A DNA stretch of 60,432 nucleotides, counting the filler, from Basidioascus undulatus (taxonomy: Eukaryota): NCBI GenBank assembly GCA_000826855.1. It is 4 parts of 4 records of this genome, joined end to end, with 100 filler letters (N's around TTAATTAATTAA, not from the genome) between each part and the next. Parts side by side here need not be neighbours in the genome. Positions count along the whole stretch, not along the records: positions 15,154 to 30,198 come from JTLS01000668.1; positions 30,299 to 45,318 come from JTLS01000669.1; 2 more parts are not named here. One strand, written 5' to 3'. Positions 23,722 through 34,899 of this stretch are shown one piece after another. Position 1 is the first letter of the stretch. Every line of letters begins with the position of its first letter. A program made the translations under genes and the position numbers. Under the pieces are notes generated by a model, which saw only the letters and a list, made by a program, of their open reading frames with translations, searched no databases and was not told the origin of the DNA.

Positions 23722-25977
23722 GGCTGGGGGGGACTGCGCGGGATGCCAGGACTGCATGCCATTCCCTCAGGACACTTTCCTCGTTTCCACTTTTTAGGGC
23801 CTTCGTGCATCCCCTTCACTTCTTCTCTCTCTTCCGGCCCTTATCCTACCCTTTCGTTCGTTGTCTCTCGTTACTTTATGGCATTCAAAATACTTTCACA
23901 CACTCTGTACTCTTAGTTTTCCCTTCAATATCTTTCCAACAGCACAGTCCTTTCATCTTCATTCCAGTTCTTCTGATAAATTCTCCCGCACTTCCCTTCC
24001 ACATACGTTCGAACCCGCTCTCCCTCGTACACCGCATAGCATGCCACGCACACCGCAGTACATCCCCTCCCTCATATTCCCGTCCTCGCAATTATATCAA
24101 ACGACCACGGCTGCTCCATACCCCCCTTTACTTTCATGGACAGCTGCCTCTGCGTTATCGATGTGCACGCTCGTGTCAGACTGCAGATGACGGCGCAGAT
24201 GTAGCAGAAACCGACGCTGTGCACACGAGATGGACATGAGATTATCCTGTTGCGCGAGGCTTCTGGGAAGTGTCCTGGTAGTACTCATCGGACCTTTCTT
24301 TTCACAGTCAAAGCTCGGCTACCGAGACGGTAAACAGAACGACTGCAGTCTCGATGACGGTCGTCGTCCTCTTGCTGAAAGCTGCTTCTGCAGCGGGTCC
24401 GGACTCGCGTCGATCAGCAGCATCGAAGCAGCAGTAACTGCCTCTGGGTGCTCGGATTCCACTTTTTAGAAAAATACTCAGTTTACACAACACTCCCTGT
24501 GAACGGTAGAATTAAATGCTGAGTCTCAAGAACGCTCTGCGCAGCGTCTTGTCCCTTCAGCTTCAATTCGAAGTTGCAGTTGTTGCTCGTCCTTGAACCT
24601 GTGCCCAAAGAAATAGAGAAAACATGTAAAGTCTGCAATCAGCGCTCGTACATACTGTGCTCGCTCTGTGTCTAAACGCCTCTGCATGCTTGTGCCACGC
24701 GCGCCACGGACTGCTTGTCCATTCGCTTCAGAAGTTTCTGACGGTGTCGAAGTTACAAGACGACGCTTAACGTACATTTTTAAAACATCTGGCTTTTCCG
24801 TATTAGCTGTGTGCGGCCGCGAGCTCGAGCCCGAACGTCCCTCGTAAGTCCGCTCGATACTTCACGTAGCTTAGGAACTATCCATTCTGCACTAGTGCTT
24901 CTAGTTCCGCACGGATACAGCTTCAGAAGGAAAGTGTTCGGTTGCCAACGGCACGTTGCTTGTCGCTGGGTCTCTGCCAACGCCGGCCCTAAAGACCCGC
25001 ACGTCTCCAGGATGGCACCCTCAACACCCACACCACCTCAACAGCTATCCTCATACAACTTCAATGCTGACCTTTCAAGTCTGCATTCGATTTCCGTCCA
25101 CCAGTCAAGACCTTGAGCGGAGCAGACGAAAGTCTCGCTCGGCAATCGTCCGCCGTTCCCCTTCGCCTCGCGGCCATCCGTTTCAGACTGCGCCTGCCCT
25201 CGTCTCGACTCCTTTTTCCTTTTTACGCTTTGCATCCTCACTCACCCACTCTTCCGCACCTGCGTCGGGCCGCAATTCAATCAGATCCGAGTCCTGCCCT
25301 TGCATGAATGACTGACCACAGCGTCTCACGGAAGGCCGCGTCGGCCCCAATTGACTTGGCTCAGCCTCACTCTCGCTCGCTCGCTGTACAATTTGGACTG
25401 GCCACCAGCTCGAGCCCCTTGTTTGTCCTCATCCATCCGCCTTGTTGTTCAGCGTGATCCCGGTTACGCGTGCACGCGTGCCTATCGGAGTGAGGGCAAC
25501 CCCCCTCTTGCTCTTATACGCTGACCTTCTCCTTTTTCGACCTCGTTCGCTCGTTTCAATATCCCTGTCCACTTGGATCCAAGGCCGGCCTTTCTCTCTT
25601 TTAGCAACCACATCGCTACAGTCCCACAGCTTGGTCATCGGTGCGCTCGCTTTGGGCGTGAGTACCGTCGAGAGCGCGAGGCTGAATGGGCGGTGGGGGT
25701 GCAGATCGTCCGCCACGCCTCTAACGCCCCACTCACGGCTTTGCTTTCCGTACCGTGTGAGTAGCTCATGATGCTATTCTGCCTCACCTACCTTCTCATT
25801 GGGCGGTGCAATCACCGAGCAGAATCTCTAGCGTTACGTTAGACAGCGCGATATTCCGGCTCCTTCTCCCTCTTCGGTGCGTCCACAGCCTTACTAACTT
25901 CTCACTTCCGTCTCTCATCGATCAGATGGGAATACAACACGTTGCAGTTTCCTCCCCTCTTCACGCCCAACACCCTC

Positions 25978-28350
25978 ATGTCCGACGCTCCCTCCTCGTC
26001 GGCCGGCCTCAGCACCTGGCGGACTTCTCCTGCCATCCGCCCTTCCGCCCCGTCCTCGTATTACGCGCCCGCGCCGCCGTCCTCCCCCAGTATTTCCCAA
26101 CCGACCCAAGCCGATCGCGGACCGTCCCCTGCGTGCGTGTCCAACCCTGCAGAGGCGCTCGGCTCGCCGCCGGAGCCGCAGGTCGACCGGCTCGGCGCCG
26201 ACGAGGCGGACGACGACGACGACATGGCGTCGGATTCGGAGTACGGCCAGGATGAGGAGTTCGAGGAGGTCGAGGAGGAGGTCAAGTCGGAGAAGGTCAA
26301 GGTCAAGGATGAGGAGAAAGCAGCGTGGGAGGACGACGTCTACGTCCCGACGCGCACGGCGTTCGCGCTCGCGACGGAGGAGTACCTGTCTTCGCTCTCC
26401 GACCGCAAGCGCCCCAAGGCGCTCATCACGCAGGCGATGTACGACGACGTGCTCACGCTCCTCACCGCCGAGCCGACGGACAAGATCCAGGTCGGCACTG
26501 CGCAGTTCCGGCACTGGGCGCGCAAGACATTCAACGTCGTCGAGACCGCCGACGACCCGGTCATCGTGCACGAGGGGCGCCCCGTCTCCGTCCAGGAGCA
26601 GATCTACGACGTCCTCGTGCACTGTCACAAGCAGTGCTTGCACGGCGGGCGCGACAAGACGACCGCCGCTGTCCGCAAATACTACTCGTGGATCCCGAAG
26701 GACCTCATCGCTCGCTTCGTCCGCGTCTGTCCGCTCTGCGCGAAGCGCAAGCCGGGCATCAAGACCGAGCTGCCGCCTGCGCGGAAGCGTCAGCGCCTCG
26801 ACCTTGACGCTGTCGCGGTCAAGGTCGAGATCGCGAACGAGGGGGGCTTTTCCTCGCTCCCGCCCCTGCCGGCGCCGCCGGCGCCGCCCGTCGTCGTCGT
26901 TGAGGAGCGCCAGTACCCCCACGCGCGCCCCTATCCCCGTGCGCACGCAGACGCGCACGAGTACGACGCGCACTCGGTCCCGATGGCGCTCACGCAGTCG
27001 ACCAGCTCGAGTGCTTCTGTTGCGTCTTGGACTAACACCGACGCGTCCGGCACGTCGACCGTACCTGCCAAGTACACGTACGCAAGCCCGGACTCCGTGA
27101 AGTGCCATGACGAGGTCAAGGTGGGCCGCCCCTTCCCTCCCCTCCCTTCCTCTACCCTCCTCCTGCGTTCCCTTCCCCTGCCTCTTCCCCGCCACCTCGC
27201 TGGTGCTACCTGACAGTCTCGGTCTCTGCCCCTCGCAGGAGGAGATCATGTCGTCGTACGACTTGTCGTCTGGTCGCCCCTCGATACAAGTCGGCCCATC
27301 GTCGGACATCGACGCTTCCTCCCGCCGCCCGTCCATCATCTACGACTACGCCCCGACGCCCGAGTACGTTTCGGTGCCTTCTTCCTACGACGAGTCGGCT
27401 TCCTCGTCAGCATACGGCGCCGACTCGCGCCGCCCATCCATGCAGGCATGGACGTCCGACGGCGGCGTCTCGCCCCCGACGTCTGAGTCTTCGTATACCT
27501 ACCCGCACGCGCCCGTTCACGTCCACACCCACGTCTACGCCCATGCGCACCCTCAGCTGCCCCTCGAGCACCTCTCCGCCGAGCCCGAGGCGTACGCGCT
27601 CGAGCACCGCCGCTACTCGGAGGCGGCCATTCTCGCCGTCCAGCAGAACTACCCGTCGCAGCGCCACTCGCTGTCGACCTCGCAGGAACTCCCACCTCGC
27701 TCCTCGACCGGCATGGGCTATGCCAAGCCCGCCGCGCCGCGCTTCGAGTCGCTCCGCCCGTACTCTGCGCTCGCGCAGGCCTACGGGGAGTACTCGTTCC
27801 CAGCGTGAGTCTCTTGTCCGCTTTGTCGTTCTCGACTTTCTCCACGTTCCCGACTAACATATTTTCCGCGTTCGGCAGCTCGTCTCTGGCACCCTACGCT
27901 GCGCCTCCTCGTGGCATTCAACGCATCAACCGCCCGGCTCCGCTCGGCATCAGCACCGCGCTCAACTACGCCCCGGACCCGTCCTTCGCGCGCACGCCGA
28001 TCTCGCCCCTCTACGCGTATTCGCACTTGCCCATCACGCCCTCGATTGCCTCCGCCATGAGCTCCCTCGTCGTGCACACCCCCACCACCGCGACGTTGTC
28101 GTACTCGGCCACCGCCGCACCTGACGACGAGCTGCCCCCGTCCCCGACCGTCTCGTACGGCAAGAGGCCGATCGAGATGCTCACCAGCCCGATGGGCGCG
28201 CCGACGGCAGCGTCCGCCCCCGAGCCCGAGCACGCGTACGAAGATGGGAGTGCGGGCACGCCCTTCCCTTCGCCCGCAGACGAGAATCCGCACGCGTACG
28301 GCAAAACGGTCGAATTCCAGAAGGCGTTCGAGAATGTCCAGGCTGTCTAG
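25978..28350 (+). CDS. Protein with a stand-alone integrase H2C2 zinc-binding domain in low-complexity sequence; introns about 27121..27238 and 27805..27878
   Basis: QEQIYDVLVHCHKQCLHGGRDKTTAAVRKYYSWIPKDLIARFVRVCPLC. No DDE core, RT or LTRs. Spliceosomal introns present. An upstream exon is possible. Confidence 0.85.
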
Positions 28351-29223
28351 ACGGGCTTTTCTCAAGCCGCCGTTTCGATTTTCACCTCACTTTCGTCGTT
28401 CTTCACGTCTCGCATCTTCACGCTTCGCATCTTCACCTCTCTTTCGTTCCCCCTTCATGACAACACCCCCGCTCACACCATACATAATTACCCTCCATCG
28501 AGCCTCGCATGATATTTCGCACCGCATCCATAAATTAGCAAAACACACAACACATGTACCCAGCAATCATGATCCACACAGTCTCGCATTGCATTGTTTC
28601 GCTGCACTTCGGTTTCTCCGCATTTAATGTCTTCGTTATCACACATTCGTTATTCTCTGTCTTCGGTCCATGAACTTGGTCTTTGGGGCAACTTGGTGTG
28701 CAACTCCGACTCGGCATGGGTTCGAGTCAGCGTTTCAAGACGTGGTTCGAACCACTCCAATTTGTCTTTCGTTTACGAATGTACACAAGCGTTACGCATG
28801 ATGCGCCGCACCTTGGAAGACGGCACCTTCGAAGAAAAGGAGGGGTGTGGGAAGCGCTGTCGGCTGCGTGCTCTTTGAAGACGTCCGACTTCAAAGCGGA
28901 GATGGAAGGTCATAAGCCGCAAGCGTCTGGGAATGCGGAAGGGGGCTTCCTCTCCAAACGATGCCAGGCTAAGGTGACGGAACGGAGTGATTATAATCTC
29001 TCTCCGACCTGCTTCGACGTTCGAACCGCAACACGCACGCGGCACGCAACCACAGGCGACGTCGCAGCCGACTCGTATTCATCAATGGGAATAACGACAA
29101 AGACAAATCAAACACCAAAAATTCTCTCAAGAGTCTCAAGAAATCATCATCATCCGCTAAGCGCGAAGTAAGTACTATCCCGGGCGTCCCGCCCCCTCGT
29201 CCTCAGTGCGGAGCTCACGGAGC

Positions 29224-30198
29224 TCAGAGCTTGGCCTTGGTCTTCTCCTCGTAGCTCTCGTACAGCGCGTCGAGCTCCTTCTGGAACTTCTTCTTGGCGA
29301 CGTTGCTGTTTGCGGTGAGGGATGGGCCGTCAGCGATCGGCAGGAGACAGACGGAGGGGAGAGTGAGAGAGAGGGGGGAAACGTACCGCTTGAGCTTGAG
29401 CGTGGGGGTGAGGACTGTGGAGCATGCAACGCAGAACTTCAGCATCGCACCGCCAAGGACAGGAAGACGATGATGAGAGCTTACGGTCGTTCTCGAGCGT
29501 GAACGCATCCGTCGTGATATGCACCTGCTTAACCATCTCGAACCTATCCCACCGCACCAAACACACGCACGCACATCAGCCTTCCCTTCTGCACTCTCCT
29601 TTGCCCTACCCAGCAGCCAACGCACCCCTTGAGCCCCGCCTTCTTGGCCGCCTTGTCCATCTCGCGGAGCACAGCGTCCTTGACCTTGGGCTCGGCGGCG
29701 GCGGCGGCGATGTCGGCCTCTGCGATGGGGTGGCGGAGCGCGCGTGACGCGAGGGCCGCGAACGCGGGCGGCTCGGGCACGATCACGGCGACGAGGTGCG
29801 AGCGGAGGCCGTCGGCGTGGACGCTGCCAAGAGACGGCACCGAGGTTAGCACCGGCCTGTCGCGACAGAAAGAGGAAGGGGTAGAGGTGAAGAAGGAGAA
29901 AGAAGAGACGTACTAGATCTGCGCAACCACGCCGCACAAGCTGTACGCGTTCTCGACCTTTTCCAAGCCGACGTACTCGCCTTGGGCGAGCTTGGCAAAG
30001 TTCTTGATGCGGTCGACGATCTTGAAGCGCCCCGCCTCGTCGACCTCGCCGACGTCGCCCGTGTGGAACCAGCCCTCGTCGTCGATCGCCTCGCGCGTCT
30101 TCTCGGGCTCCTTGTAGTACCCGGCCATCACGCCGGGACCGCGGAAGCAGATCTCGCCGCGCGGGTGCGGGCGGTCGGTGGAGGTGTAGCTCTGCGGT
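29224..30198 (-). CDS. Long-chain acyl-CoA synthetase, 3' part only, with C-terminal PTS1 (AKL)
   Basis: [52 protein letters not shown], ends KTKAKL*. 5' part lost at contig end. Confidence 0.92.
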   Translation of the reverse strand, partial: TAELHLHRPPAPARRDLLPRSRRDGRVLQGAREDARGDRRRGLVPHGRRRRGRRGGALQDRRPHQELCQARPRRVRRLGKGRERVQLVRRGCADLVRLFFLLLHLYPFLFLSRQAGANLGAVSWQRPRRRPPLAPRRRDRARAARVRGPRVTRAPPPHRRGRHRRRRRRAQGQGRCAPRDGQGGQEGGAQGVRWLLGRAKESAEGKADVRACVWCGGIGSRWLSRCISRRMRSRSRTTVSSHHRLPVLGGAMLKFCVACSTVLTPTLKLKRYVSPLSLTLPSVCLLPIADGPSLTANSNVAKKKFQKELDALYESYEEKTKAKL

Positions 30199-30298
30199 NN
30201 NNNNNNNNNNNNNNNNNNNNNNNNNNNNNNNNNNNNNNNNNNTTAATTAATTAANNNNNNNNNNNNNNNNNNNNNNNNNNNNNNNNNNNNNNNNNNNN
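30199..30298. other. Artificial contig spacer
   Basis: Same 100-nt linker. Confidence 0.98.
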
Positions 30299-31524
30299 CC
30301 AACCTCGCGACCTCGAGAAAGCATGGAATAGGGATGGTACGAAGTGGAGACGCACCCTGGCTCTGCAGGAACTTCCGCGTGATCTCGAACCCGGCGTAGC
30401 CGGGCAGGCCGAACGCGAGCACGCGGAGGTAGGACGCGGCCATGTGCGCTACGGTGGGGTCTTGTCCCAGCGTGAGGAGGATGCGCTCGGCGTTGAGCCA
30501 GATGACGAGGATGGGGACGCAGAGCGCGTAAACTACTACTGCCTGGTTATTGCTGGGGGTAAGAGAGATTGCGGTTGGGGCGAGGATGGGTGATAGGTAA
30601 GAGGATAGGAGGGAAGATGCGAGGAGAGGGAGAGGGGAGTGGAGATGGGAGGGGAGAGTGGGAAGGGATGAGACCAAGGGGACAGGAGAAAGGAACGCAC
30701 CATGCGCTGGGACCAGATGCCCATCAGTTCAGGGTTGGAGGACGAGTAGGCATTGGGGAGGAGCGAGTCGAGCGCGGAAACGAAGCCCTGGACGGTCGCC
30801 CAGCCCGATACGGAGGCTGTCATGGATGCGAGGGAACAGGCTATCCATCGGGTTGGGGATTGGTGAGGCGGTGGGGGTGAGGAGGAGCGCAAGGGAAACG
30901 TACCGGCCAGCTGGAGCTTTCCTAGGTGCCCGAGGGAGATAACAGAGGCGATGGTGAGGCTGTACTCGAGAATGTCTTTTCCCTTCTGCACTTTAAGACA
31001 CCACATCTCCCACTCCAGGCAAACAAATGCGTCCACTCACGGGTCCCACAGACGGGCAGCGTATACTGCAAGATGACCCTCATCTCCCTCCTCCAAGCGT
31101 CCCAACCCGCGGGCTCAGGCCCCGCGTCCGCCGCCTCGCGCATATAGGGAATTGTATTCTCCGGGACGAGGGTCGCGTCCGGTATAGGCGGGGGAGCGTC
31201 GTCTATCCCCACGCGGGGCGAGCGGGGCGGGAGGGTGCCGTAGGAGGTGGAGCTGGAGGGCGTGATGGTGGACGTGCTCGCCTGCACGCCCTCCAGGTCC
31301 AGCTCGACCTCATCCACGTCCGCATCCGGGGAGGACAGCAGCTCCTCGCTCTCGTACTCACCCCGTCCATCCCCGTTTCGCAGCCTGCGCCGCCCCGACT
31401 CGGACCCGAGCGAGGCGGAGCTACGGCGCCTGGAGTGGTACGAGGATGAGAACTGCTGAACGAGCGAGTAGTCTTTGGGTATCGAGCTCGATAAAGACCC
31501 GGAATGCGGAAAATTAGACGACAT
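30299..31524 (-). CDS. MATE-family efflux transporter, 5' part only
   Basis: ILEYSLTIASVISLGHLGKLQLA, ACSLASMTASVSGW...SALDSLLPNAY, WLNAERILLTLGQD, GLPGYAGFEITRKFLQSQG. Cut by contig end. Confidence 0.9.
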
Positions 31525-32938
31525 TGGGGGGGAATTGGGGGGAGATGGAGGTTGGAGGTTGAGAGAAGACGAGATGGAGCGCGATGGCTTTGGAGCTCGG
31601 CCAGGCGCGTGCTTGCCGCGCAGCCCGTGCTTTTTTTGTAAGAGGTTCCCACGAAATTCAGGCAGATCTGCCTTATCGTCGCTGTTGCGTGTTGCGAGTT
31701 GCGGATGGAGATGCGCGCCTGCAGGATGGCGGAGCACGAGGTAGGATCGCGTTAGGGCGAATGTTGCAATTTGGGCAGTAGAAAACTCCGACCGCAGGCG
31801 AGGGAAGGGTGGCAGAGCGTGCTGTGCGTGCCCCTGCCCCGCCACGAGCCGCATGCAGATCCGCAGTGTCGCATTGCTTGCGATCGCGTCCGCGTTGGTT
31901 GTTTCTAAAGTAGGGTTTTAAAGTAGATAAAGAGCCCGGGGCTTTTTTTCAGAGGTCTTTACCGAGTGCTCCGCTTTCAAGGCAATCCTCTCGGTCGCGT
32001 AAACCGACAGTTTTGCAATTCTGAGATGACCATGCGCGCCCAGCTTCAGTCGGAGCAGAGGAATCCATGGATTTTTTCTTAATTATTGTAAGTATCGCCA
32101 TGTAGAGCTGTAGTGCTCCCTCCAAAGAGCACCGGGATCGAGTGTGCCGCACCGTGGCGAGCCCACACTTGCCCGCAGTCGTGGGCGGTGATCCGAAGTA
32201 CTGCGGCGACACTGCACTGCACACCACGCCAACCTAGACATCACTAAAGTTTTTACACCCGCTCAAGAACATGGGTGCACAGAGTCGACTTCGTACACTC
32301 TACGCTCTCTGTGTGGTCCGCATTTGTGACTGCTGCATTCTCGCTTGCCTGTGCTTCCCGCCTTCCCGAGCGAAACCAATCCCCTGTCATGCAACCCAGC
32401 CTTCATGAGATATTCATTGATTTTGCATTTCCTTAGGTGCATAAAGATGTCCCGTTGGGATGCAAGTCCCCTGAGGTCTTAACTGAAGAGCGGAATGGCC
32501 TGCAAGCATGAGCATTTGCATTGCTCCTACCTTGGCCAGACACTCACTTTAAATGGATCACTACATAAGCCAACTCTGCGGGGATTGAACTGCGTGTCGG
32601 CCGAGGGGCTACAGTCACTGCCATGTCTGCGGCAGGTGAAAGTGCCTTGACTTGCCACTCGTAACTGCTGCCCGAAGCGGAGCCACTCAGAGAATGGAAT
32701 TTCTTGATCGAAAAAGTAATTTTTCATAGGCATTGACAATCAGAGCTTCTTCTCCCCGCTGTAACATTTGTTCTGTATGTTCCGCCTGTCGACAGCGGCT
32801 CGGCCTGTCCGAGCAGCACCCTCAATTCCACGTGTTTGCCTAATTTTCCGTCCCTTCCCTGCTCACATCACCTTCTCCAGAGTTCCCTACACCACCACTT
32901 CGAATCCACCCCTATAGAAAATCAACCCCAGCCCACCC

Positions 32939-34291
32939 ATGCCGCTTCTCGCCCTCCCCCCCCGGACTCCTGCGCGCCATCGCGCACCTCCTGCCGGGGC
33001 GGGACCGCGTCCGCCTCTCGCTCGCGAATCGCTACCTGCACGAGCTTCTCCTCCCCCTCGCATGGTCTGAAGTCGATCTATACTCGAGGACTCGCGCCGA
33101 GCGCTACCTCCAGGACCACAGCGACAAGATCGAGCACTTGCGGTGCGTCGTCTGCTTTGACCCTTCGCACAGCCTCTGACTGACAAGGGGGGAGGCAGGT
33201 CACTCTCCATCATGATACTACCTCCTTTTGAAGACAACACCGACAACCAAGCCGACTTGTTCAGCCTGTTCGACTGGTGCAGCAACGCCCTCTCGCAGCT
33301 CTCCGGTGCCGCAGTCGAGCACCTCGCTCTCATCGATCGGACGTGGGAGCGAGACAAGATCGTGCAAGGCGAGGACGTCTGACGGTGGGCCCTCGGCCTG
33401 GATACATTCCTGCCTCCCCCACCAGCGCCCACCGAAGCGTCCCCGTCCCGCCTGTACTCCTCCGTCAAACGTCTCACACTAGTAGATGTCGAGCCGGGTT
33501 GGGCGTACCTCAAGCACGTGACAAGCCTCGAGTTCCTCACCGCCGATCTCCCGCATTACCTCGAGTTCAACGGGCTCTTCGCCGGCGTCGCAAAGTTCCT
33601 CAGCTCCTTCTCCATCCCCGCGCTCACATACCTCGCCATCCCGGCCTTCGGGCAGCGGCGCGAAGTCGTTTTGGAAGTCGCTGCGCGCTGCCCGGCACTG
33701 GAGACCCTTGCGCTGACGGCGGGACTGCCTAGACGAGAGAGACACAACCACGAGTGCATCTCCATTGGGTCGAGGGTTTGGTCGGAGGAAGATATCGTGC
33801 GACATCGCCATCACCTTTTCTCCCATCCCCCTCTGCTGGCCTGACGCAGATAGTCCCGCTTTCCTCCACAGGAGTTCTACAAGACTGCCCTCAGTCCACT
33901 TACCCGCCTCCGCCGCGTCCTCCTGGTCCCCTGGACCATCGGAAACCCCCTTTCGCGGCCGTCCTACCCCGACGCACCCGAAGCGACCGAGCTCGGGCAG
34001 GCGCTCCCGCGCCTTCAGGTCGTCGGCTGGCTTGTGCAGAGTTACAACACCACAACGCCGGGTCGAGCGCGTTCTGGCGGATTCCGCAGCGAAGATGAAG
34101 ATGAGTATGAGAATGAGTATGACGAGTATGATGAGGATGAGGATGAGGAAGGGTCCGACGAGGGGTACGACTCGCTGGAGGAGTACATGGGCAGGGCACC
34201 CTTGCCCTCACGCCCGGTCATAATAGGCTTGGGGTTTTGTCTGGAGGTGTTTGAGCGGGGGGCTGGGGGAGAGTGGCATCTCTGGACATAG
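32939..34291 (+). pseudogene. F-box/LRR-like pseudogene
   Basis: MPLLALPP then a +1 shift in a C8 run to GLLRAIAHLL..LSLANRYL. In-frame TGA at 33380 within otherwise open exon 2. CPALETLAL LRR-like motif and an acidic D/E tail. Confidence 0.78.
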
Positions 34292-34899
34292 TGCTTGCTG
34301 TGCGCCATTGACAAAGAGGATGGGTGTTTGTGGCGTGTTGAAAGAGATGCACGCAGCATGGGTTTCTTGTGATAGACAACATGGTGTTTGGGCCGCCGTT
34401 CCACAAGTCCTCAAGAGCAAGCTGATGGAATTGAAGTGTTGTTGATAACTTTCCTGACCTGAACACAGCGGGGCCCGACAGAGGAATGATGAGGCTCTGG
34501 GAAATGGACGTTTCCAAGTCCCAAGCGCCCTTCGCATGCGACAGTCGAGTGCAGGTGGACGGGGTCCCCTTCTTCCCAACTTTCTAACTCCAAACACCTC
34601 TGGATTGCTTGATCCGAAAAGGGTCTTGCACCCGTATCGAGCACCGGCAGCCGTCGGCGTCGGGGGGAGCAGCTTAGTTTCGCGCTCGGGCTGTAGATTG
34701 TGCGGGGGAGGTGAGAGTCCAAATTGTGTTAGACTGGTGTCTTGCAATATGGTGCAATATTGGGTGACTTCATGTGAGGTGAAGGGCGAGCCACAACAAG
34801 GATATGCGACTCGCTTCAGGCAGACACAGCGAGGCAGGTAGGTAGTGCGGTTGGGGGTCATTTTTGTGCACTGAGACCCTTGAAGGGTGACATAATTCG

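Noticed and set aside
22273..23757. 494-aa minus-strand ORF
   Set aside because: Antisense shadow of a GC-rich gene; R/G-rich with no domain.
26580..26760. Active LTR retrotransposon
   Set aside because: Only the H2C2 domain is present; no catalytic core, RT or LTRs, and the gene has introns.
25915..27339. 474-aa minus-strand ORF, and similar ones at 52750..53844 and 58726..59706
   Set aside because: Alternative-frame or antisense shadows caused by high GC3 in real genes.
29224..31524. Apparent acyl-CoA synthetase plus MATE cluster or fusion
   Set aside because: The two genes are on different contigs joined by the artificial spacer.
34090..34150. GATGAG-type repeat as an array
   Set aside because: It encodes the acidic D/E tail of the F-box pseudogene. 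No CRISPR-like repeat-spacer structure was seen anywhere in the window.
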